Shown here: positions 1 through 7,934 of the stretch, one piece after another
How positions within the stretch are numbered: the first letter of the stretch is position 1
Layout of the letters: each line of letters opens with the position of its first letter
Source: Atractiella rhizophila
Lineage: Eukaryota
Assembly: GCA_021432655.1 (NCBI GenBank)
Contig: MU271377.1
Coordinates: 58,735 to 78,734, forward strand
DNA length: 20,000 nucleotides
Reading direction: 5' to 3'
Translations under genes and position numbers: made by a program
The notes under the pieces: model-generated
Database searches by the model: none
What the model was told of the DNA's origin: nothing
The model's input: the letters and a program-made list of their open reading frames with translations, nothing else

Positions 1-83
1 GGTTTATTGAGCTGGTGACGGGTGTGAAAGTGAAATGGATTGGAGTGGGACCTGGCAGGGATGAAATGGTCGTTATCGAATAA
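1..83 (+). CDS. ADE12: 3' end of adenylosuccinate synthetase (partial; 5' part outside window)
   Basis: Frame from position 3 reads FIELVTGVKVKWIGVGPGRDEMVVIE* (TAA 81-83). This matches the PurA/Ade12 C-terminal pattern (Y/F)IE..GV.V.W(I/V)G.GP.R..M. Only 26 residues are visible. Confidence 0.85.
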   Translation, partial: FIELVTGVKVKWIGVGPGRDEMVVIE

Positions 84-384
84 ACTTATGACCTGTTGCT
101 ATATAATAGAATGAATGTAGAATTTTCCGCCTGTTGTGCGCCAATATCTATTTGACATCAAAACGTGCTCTACAGCTTCGACCTCAGGTGCAAACAAAAA
201 ATGGTAACAAGGGTGTTCATGTCAAGGCTAACTTGGCGCAGCAACTGTCAACAAGGTCAACAATAGAATGGCTCAACAATACCATATCTGTCCGGTTTAC
301 CGCAACAAAATGGTGAAACAAATACTTATCAACCGTTCTCAAGCATCCCTCCATTCTTTTCTTCCTTAGAGTCACCAAACGCAA

Positions 385-1878
385 ATGCCACCAAAGAAAA
401 AAGCGCCTTCAACGCGGAGTCAGAGTGCTTCAAGGGGGAGGAAGCGAGGCAAATTGGTATTCGCCTTTTCCTTTCCGAGAAAGTTTACTGAACCTGTAAC
501 AAAGCGAGCCGCACCACAGTGTCGTCCAACGGTCGAAACAAGTCCCTTTTCCCAGCTTCCGGTCGAGATAATCGGGCAAATTCTATCCTACCTCCACCAG
601 CATTGCTGCCCGAAAATCTTCTCTGCTTTTAGTCTAATATGTCGATCATGGCAAAAACCTGTACAGCGATTCCTATTTCGACACCTCACTGTTCGCGATA
701 TGCAACACGCGGAGCAATGGGTATCCAGGCTCAACAGCTCACCTAAGCGACTCTATGTCCTTGGCCTGACTTTTTCACGCCTTAACGGATCGAGACACTC
801 TCGCCCACACCTCGAAAGGCTGTTTAATACGTTCCCAAATATCGTGCATGTGGGATTTGAGCAAAGCACTCCTTCAAAAATATTTTGCGATCGGCTTAGA
901 GCCACGCTCGAAATCATGGTCGAGAAGAAGCTCCGAGTCAGGAGCATAATGCTGTCGAACTTCTTTCTTTTTCGACTAGATCTGGAAGAAGTTTTAGGGA
1001 GTTTTGAGCACCTTGAGGAGCTTCAAATCAGGAATCTAGCACTAGGAGACGTATGGAAGCAAAAGCGCTGGCTGTACCTTCCCATCGCGTCCGAAACATC
1101 ACGAGAGCTTTACGATTTCCTTCCCAACTCTCCTCTACTGTCCAAGATACGAAGTCTCCACCTTTCAGGGGATCTACTAATCAGCTACCTCCCCTATCAA
1201 TTCTCTTCCATTGGTCGAGATCTCACGCATCTCAGTCTCGTGCTGAACGAAACTTCTCCTCTACTCCAAATCGGTCTCCATAACCTCGCTTCCACCTTCC
1301 GAACACTGACTCATTTCCATTTGAGCCTTTACGAGGAGCTTCATGACCCTGAAGATGGATATCGGCTGATGAACGAAAGGAAGATCGCGACACTGATGGA
1401 TGGGTTGGAGACTTGCTGGAAAGAAGCAAGAACGTTGCAGATGTTCTCCTTCGCCTCCTACCACATCGATCTAGACATGATATTGAATCTACCCGCATCT
1501 GTTCAAGTGGTAGAATTGCATCCTTGGGACGGCCTCCCTCATGGCCTCTTTACGAAACGGTACATGCGAATTACAGACCTGTCGAACCCGCCAAATCCAA
1601 CAGTGTACACTATAATCGTGGAGGATTACTTGGAGGTCCTAAAAAAAAGAGAAAGATCCTTCGAAGGTCTGAAGAAGCTCCGTATTTCTCATGAAATTAT
1701 CAAAGTGGAACAAGATTCAGGCACACCGGGTCACGTTACTGATGAAGATGAAGCTATAACAAGGATCACCGGATGGTGTGATGATAACGGGATAGAGCTT
1801 GAAGTCCACCCGTTGGAGAGAGAATTGAGGTCACTGAGAACAGAGGTCCCTTTCGGTTTGTTCGATACAATTCGGTAG
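385..1878 (+). CDS. F-box domain protein with LRR/RNI-like C-terminal region, 497 aa, apparently intronless
   Basis: Long uninterrupted ORF. F-box-like motif FSQLPVEIIGQILSYL...FSLICRSWQKPVQRFLFRHLTV, followed by LxxLxL segments (LEELQIRNL, IRSLHLSG, LTHLSLVL, LTHFHLSL). Basic NLS-like N-terminus (PPKKK, RGRKRGK). Confidence 0.8.
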   Translation: MPPKKKAPSTRSQSASRGRKRGKLVFAFSFPRKFTEPVTKRAAPQCRPTVETSPFSQLPVEIIGQILSYLHQHCCPKIFSAFSLICRSWQKPVQRFLFRHLTVRDMQHAEQWVSRLNSSPKRLYVLGLTFSRLNGSRHSRPHLERLFNTFPNIVHVGFEQSTPSKIFCDRLRATLEIMVEKKLRVRSIMLSNFFLFRLDLEEVLGSFEHLEELQIRNLALGDVWKQKRWLYLPIASETSRELYDFLPNSPLLSKIRSLHLSGDLLISYLPYQFSSIGRDLTHLSLVLNETSPLLQIGLHNLASTFRTLTHFHLSLYEELHDPEDGYRLMNERKIATLMDGLETCWKEARTLQMFSFASYHIDLDMILNLPASVQVVELHPWDGLPHGLFTKRYMRITDLSNPPNPTVYTIIVEDYLEVLKKRERSFEGLKKLRISHEIIKVEQDSGTPGHVTDEDEAITRITGWCDDNGIELEVHPLERELRSLRTEVPFGLFDTIR

Positions 1879-2402
1879 ATATTGGTTCTTATCAATTCGT
1901 TGTGCCATTCTATTCTTAAGGGTGGGAAAGAAAAGGTTAGACAATCTTCCTAGTATACCTTGGAGTAATACAAAAGTGCTTGGAAGGTTACCAAGTGGTG
2001 CGCATTTGCATGACTGGAAACCCAGAAAGGAATCGCGGGAACACCAAATAGATCGACACAACGAGGAACGTCGTTCCAATCTGGCAATCTACAAACGGGA
2101 TAAGAGGAAGTGAAATGGCCCCAAGCAAGAAAGCAGCACAAAGAGAATGATCTGACTAGGATCTGACTGTTTCATACGAGTTACGAGTAAGAATAACGTA
2201 CGTGCCGATCCAACCACCTTCGTGATTAGCTTCCAACCTCACCCTCCCACACCTCTGCGTAATGTGTCTCTTCCTATCGCAGCGCATCGCGGTGAGGATG
2301 GTGAGCCAGATTGCTCCGAAATAACGTTTTGGCTGGTCTACATTGCTCTAACTTTGCATTTGTTTTGCATGATGCTTTGCTACTTTGCGGTTTGGGCTCA
2401 TG

Positions 2403-2411
2403 GTGAGTCAT
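2403..2411. promoter_or_regulatory. Candidate Gcn4/CpcA (AP-1-type) binding site upstream of PRO2
   Basis: GTGAGTCAT (reverse complement ATGACTCAC) contains the TGA(C/G)TCA core, about 160 nt upstream of the ATG of an amino-acid biosynthesis gene. The same bases also fit a GTGAGT splice donor. Confidence 0.4.
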
Positions 2412-2570
2412 TGTAATGCTGATCCTGCCGATCTCAGTCAAAGTCGATCAGAATCAGCCAATAAATATCAGACTCGATTCCTCCATCTTAGAGAAGCTTC
2501 TTCCCTAGGGTGCGTGAACATTCCTGAACTTGAGGTTTAAGAGTTCAAAGTATTTATCGGAAGCCACGAG

Positions 2571-4499
2571 ATGGAAACCGCCCGTGCCGCCAAGCAAGCA
2601 TTCTTGAGCACCAATGGACTGAGCAATGAAGAGCGAGTGAGTGCGTTGGGGAACATGAGGGCTGTCCTAGAAAAGGCAAAGGACGAGGTGTTACAGGCTA
2701 ACGCGAAAGACTTAGAGGTATGTCTGTACGTGTATTGTTGAAAGTGGAAGAGTGAGAAGGAAAGCTCAAACTACCGTCGCAAGTGCCTTCAGAGGTCTGC
2801 GTTAGTTAATTGCAGCTCACTACGTAAGGAAGTGGACCTTTTTGTTATGGTTGTCCTTGAAAGGAAGGCAAAATATCAGGTTGTAACTCATTTCCGCATT
2901 ACGAGACAATGTATGGATTATGTCAATTGATTGGATTGAGCACCTCAATCCTTCATGCCACGAACAACGCACCACACGTATCTTCAATAGATTTGCAGTT
3001 GTGCTCAGAAACACTCACTGTGATTGGGTTTTCGTAGGCTGCGAAGGGGCTAGTGGATTCAGGCAAGATGTCAAGCGCAATGCTCAAACGGCTTGACCTC
3101 CAATCCAAACCAGACAAATATGATTCTATGCTCCAAGGAATCACTGATGTGGGTACGTTATTGCCATCCCCTTTCACTATCGCTGAGGTTATGTCTGGTA
3201 GCCAACCTCCCTGATCCGCTTGGACAAGTCACGTATGCAAGCAAGCTGGACGAGGGATTGAACCTATATCGAGCCAGCTGCCCAATTGGCGTAATTCTAT
3301 GCATATTTGAATCGCGGCCAGAGGTAATGGTCAACATTGCTTCCCTCGCCATCAAATCTGGTACGATCCTGCTCACACGGGCACAGGAATGGGGGCTGAC
3401 AATATATCAGGAAATGCTGCTATTTTGAAAGGAGGAAAAGAATCCATTCATACTCAAACCGTTGTTTCGCGTCTGATCCAAGAAGCTCTCTCCAATACTT
3501 CTATCCCCCGTACCTACATTCAAGCCGTTTCGACGCGGGAAGAGATATCTTCACTCCTGGATCAAGATGAATATATTGACCTCGTCATTCCACGAGGGAG
3601 TGGCGAACTCGTCAAACATATTCAGAATAACACCAAGATCCCGGTGATGGGTCATGCTGATGGATTGTGCCATGTGTTCCTGGATGAAAGCGCGGATGAG
3701 ACGAAGGCAATCAGAGTCACAGTTGATTCCAAGGTGCGTTTATCACATTAACTGTTAACTGAAGTGAGATCTGAAGGGATGCAAAGGCTGGCTCTCCAGC
3801 AACATGCAATGCGGCTGAGACGCTTCTTCTGCATTCATCTTTGCTTGGAACACTGTGGCCGAAGGTCGCGAGCGCACTCACGTCCGCAGGCGTCAAACTA
3901 CTATGCGATCCACCCTCCCTCTCCGCCATCGCCTCGTCATCTGTACCTCCGGAACTACTCGCAGCGTCGAGCTACCCAACAACTTACACGATTGAACACT
4001 TGTCCCTCACACTCTCCGTCCTCACCGTTTCCAACGTTCAAGAGGCAATAAAGCATATCAACGCCTTCGGTTCCGGACACACCGACTCAATTGTGACTGA
4101 AGATGAGGATAGTGTTAAAGCCTTCACGAAAGGCGTCGACAGCGCTGGCGTCTTCGTCAACGCAAGCACTTGGTTTGCAGACGGTTTCAGGTTCGTTTTA
4201 CCCCTCCCCCTTTAAAATTTAGCTAAGGTGACCCTGATTGAAAGATATGGGTTTGGGACGGAAGTCGGAATCGCGACGGGAAAGACTCACGCACGTGGAC
4301 CAGTGGGATTGGAAGGAGTGCGTCTTGGTTTCGTTTTTTGTGGACCTAACTAATCCATGTTCCTCTACAGTTGGTAATATATCGTTACCTGTTGCGGAGC
4401 ATGGCAAAAGAAGGGCACGTCGTCTCTGAATTTGGGATAGGCGAAGGGAAGAAAACGTATTTGCATCAAAAGATTCAGACGGATCGAGTACCATTCTAG
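2571..4499 (+). CDS. PRO2: Gamma-glutamyl phosphate reductase (glutamate-5-semialdehyde dehydrogenase), about 449 aa, 7 exons
   Basis: Exons 2571-2717, 3038-3152, 3202-3360, 3411-3733, 3787-4190, 4245-4317, 4371-4499 join through GT-AG introns into 1350 nt in frame. Motifs: [46 protein letters not shown], catalytic [53 protein letters not shown]. Confidence 0.95.
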
Positions 4500-5037
4500 T
4501 CTGCAGAATTGATGGAGTAGTCATTGCCCGATAATGTTATATATCCAAGTCACTGTGAAACAGACTGGAACAAGGTATTGTTTGACGAACTTGGCTGCAT
4601 CTTTACTCCAATGCCAAGTACCTTCGTCATTCGCTCTTTTCGTCGTTTGTCGGAGCAGCGAACTTGGATAGATTGCAAGAGCTGGGGAATGTGAAGGGAT
4701 GTCGGAGTTCTCCTTGTGTTTACCACGAAAATGGATCAGGACACGGGATGTGGATACATCTTTCTTCATGACCAGATCGAGCGCAGCGAACATGAAGGCA
4801 GTTGCAGAGAAGATCATCGGGAATCGTATCTGACTTCCTGTTCCTCTACGTTAGTTCTCCTGGGCTGCTGGGCATTTGCACGCAGCCTCAAGCTTCTGTC
4901 AACGTCGTGGCTTACAGTGAATTTTGTACTTGTAAGTAAAAGTCCCAAAGTCACGCTCTCCGTGAGACCTTTTCCAGTTGAAGATTGATTGAGGCAACAG
5001 TCCATGGGGACTCAGGGTGACAAGGGGAGAGACGATG

Positions 5038-5074
5038 TTACGTAATCAGTGACTTGCTCCTCATTCATATAAAA
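5038..5074 (+). promoter_or_regulatory. Candidate promoter elements of DUF2828 copy 1: TTACGTAA palindrome and TATA box
   Basis: TTACGTAA at 5038-5045 (bZIP, Yap/Pap1-type site) and TATAAAA at 5068-5074, about 110 nt upstream of ATG 5181, followed by a pyrimidine-rich tract. Confidence 0.45.
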
Positions 5075-5180
5075 GCGATGTAGGCGCGACTGAACCTGTC
5101 CCACTTTCGGGTTGATTCCATATTCTTTTACCCTTTTTGCGCTGCACCAAAACGGGCGCAGCTTGAAAAAAGGAAACGCA

Positions 5181-7934
5181 ATGCCACACCACGATCTTGC
5201 TTCCCACAACCTGGTCGCCCTGCCCTTCCACCCGGCTCTCATCGATGACACCGCGTTCGAACAGCTCAACCAATCGTTTCAGAATTCTCACCTGCAGGAT
5301 ATAGAAGTCGAGAACAAGAAGGGACATGGGCAAAGTGACGCTAAGCAGGAAGAGAAAATGGAGGTTGATCCCCCTGCTAGCTCGAATACTGGTAATACTG
5401 GTAATAAGTGAGCTTTTCCTATAGTCTTTCAAGCCTTGTCGCCCTGTAATACATCTCTGAATGTCTCTCTCTCGAACGAGTAGGTTGTATGACGCTCTTC
5501 GCTCAGACGTTTCCGCTCCAGCTAGTGGCCTCCACGACCATGCTCCAGCGACGGGTGCTCAGGCTCAGTCCAACCTCATGTTGACTGAGAACAAGGGCGT
5601 GACGCACGCTTCGACTCTCTACCCGCCGTTAGATCTCTTTAACAATCTTTCCGTTCCCTTCTCCCCGTACGATGCGAGATCTTGGCTCGAGAAGTCATGG
5701 GAGGTCAACCCGGAGGAGACTCTGAAGATCATTTGGAACGCCAGGTCGATCGGCGATGGGAAGGGAGAGGGAGAGACGTTCGTCAGGGCCGCAGCCTGGT
5801 TGAAGGAAAAGCATCCTAGGACCTTGTTGGGCAATCTAGAGTGGTTGGTAGAGCCGGTGAGCGAGAAGGCGAAGATCGAAAAGAAGCAGAAGAAGGAGGA
5901 GGACATGGATGTGGAGATTGTGGATTTGAAGGAGGAGGAAGAGGAGGAGCTGAATGCGGCGAACGCGAGGAGCCACGGGTATTGGAAGGATCTCCTCAAC
6001 CTTTTGGTCCTCTCTGCTGTCGATGAGTTCGAAATTGAAGGCGATTTTACTGTCGTGCCTAACTACACGACTTCTTCGACGGAGGACCAGAAGAGGATGT
6101 GGGGCAGAATTCCTCCCCTCAAACCTAGGGCAAAGAGCCGGAGGCGAGCGCGATCCACCATAACCGCCGAAGCCAAGGAGGAGAAGAATAACAGAATCGA
6201 GGCTAATAATCTAGAGAAGGTGGAAATGAAAAAGGTTCTTCAGGAGAAGGGATTGATAGAGGATACACCAGAGTGGGAGGAGGCGTTGAAGAAGCTCGAG
6301 ATGGACAAAGGGAAGGAAAAGCGACGCGCCAGGGAGGACCGGCATTTCAGTAACATCCTCCAGCCTAAGTTGAACGGCAAAGATGACTTCCACCTCCTCC
6401 TCACGATCACTGTTGCGCGTTTGTTCGCGAGACAGCTAAGGAGGGATTTGACGAACTTGAAAACGTATGAGGATTTGAAAAAAGCGGGGAAGGAGGAGGA
6501 GGCAAGGAAGGTCGCGAGAAACATATCCTTGTGCGCTAAATGGGCGCCATCTGCTGGTTTCATGGCCGATCGATGGACCGCGATCTCCCTCTATGTCGCC
6601 GTCAGCCTTTTCCCACCGTCGAATAACAAATTCACAGAGTCTTACATCAATTACGCCAGTCAGCACTATCGCACCGATTACCTCAAGCCGCTCCGTGCTT
6701 TCCTCCCGATAGTCGAACAAAACATTTCCGCCAATGACTTCAAGTCAATCGCCTACTCCCGCGTTCCGTCTGTTGCGATGAAAACCTACACCAAGCTCTT
6801 CCACAACAAAGATCCAGAGGGCTTTTCAAAATATCTCACCAAAGTGGCGATGGGCCAAGCGAACATTTCAGGAGCCATCCTCACCCCAGGCTCCCTCGTC
6901 CACGCCTTTAGAGCTCGTGGGAAACAGGAGGTCGAGAAGCGAGTCGCTGAGGTCCAATGGGTCACTTTACTCAAGCATACGGCCGCTAATGGAGCTTTGA
7001 AGGGTTGCGTCGCTGTTTGCGATGTCTCGGGAAGCATGACCAGTCCTGTATTCAAGGATGGTACCAGGTAAGTTTATTTTGCTAGTTTGGACGTACGCTG
7101 ACTTTACACCAACAAATTTAGTCCAATGGACAGTAGCATCGGCTTTGGAATCCTGATCGCTCAGCTCTCCAGTCCACCATTCCACAACTCGATAATCACC
7201 TTTTCGGCTGAACCTAAGTTTGTGGACATCAAACCTGTCAATCTCGATTCTGCCGAACCATCCCCCAGTGATCTAGTCCTAAGCGAGAATGTGAAAGCTG
7301 CGGAGAGGGATGTGGGCTACAACACCAACTTTGTGGCTGTTTTCCGACTCATTCTTAACAAGGCGAAGGAGCACAATCTGAAGCAGGAGGAGCTGCCAGA
7401 GAAATGCTTTGTGTTTTCGGATATGGAGTTTGATGCGTGTGAGACTGGCGGGGAGAGGTGGAGAACCCATTATCAGACTATCAAGAGCGAGTATGAACAG
7501 GCAGGATACGAGATTCCAGAGATGGTGTTTTGGAATCTGGCCGGTGGGAGGACTGGAAGACACACCAGCAAGCCTGTTACAGCCGAGGTTTGTCGTCTTC
7601 CTTTCTTGTTCTTGCTCATACCACGAAACTGATGGAAATCGGGACAAATAGGTGGAAGGAGCGGCGTTATTGAGCGGATATTCGGCAGCAATGATAAAGC
7701 TCTTCCTTGTCAGTCCCATCTTAACCTTCATTAATGACAAACTGATATATCTCAACATTTTAGGAGAAAGGAATGCCTACTGATGAGGAGGAGGAAGAAT
7801 GGGAAGAGGTTGTTGACGCCGCCGCAGGAGAGACGGCGACGGTCAAGAAGGAGAAGAAGAAGATGGATCCCGTCGCAGTGATGAGAAAGGCCATAGGGGG
7901 GAAGTCTTTCGAACGACTCAAGGTTTACGACTGA
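5181..7934 (+). CDS. DUF2828-family protein (TROVE-like helical region plus C-terminal vWA-like domain), full-length copy 1, about 834 aa, 5 exons
   Basis: Exons 5181-5407, 5484-7067, 7122-7587, 7652-7708, 7764-7934 join in frame (2505 nt). Family motifs: TENKGVTHAST..P.LDLF, RSIGDGKGE, GYWKDL, AKWAPS, YSRVPSVAM, MIDAS-like VCDVSGSM, FVFSDMEFD, PEMVFWNL, LLSGYS, terminal LKVYD*. Confidence 0.88.

Noticed and set aside
2149..2190. Short direct repeats (ATCTGACT x2, TACGAGT x2); also CCAAAC-type repeat near 18545 and AATACTGGT x2 near 5386
   Set aside because: Only two or three short copies each, consistent with ordinary replication slippage.
2369..2422. C/D box snoRNA (ATGATGC ... CTGA)
   Set aside because: Imperfect C box, only about 54 nt, no convincing terminal stem or recognisable rRNA guide; the CTGA also fits a branch site.
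2500..3037. TPP riboswitch in the PRO2 leader or intron 1
   Set aside because: GAACTTGA occurs near 2526, but the conserved CTGAGA and downstream TAAT...GCG core are not present in the right order, and the gene is not thiamine-related.
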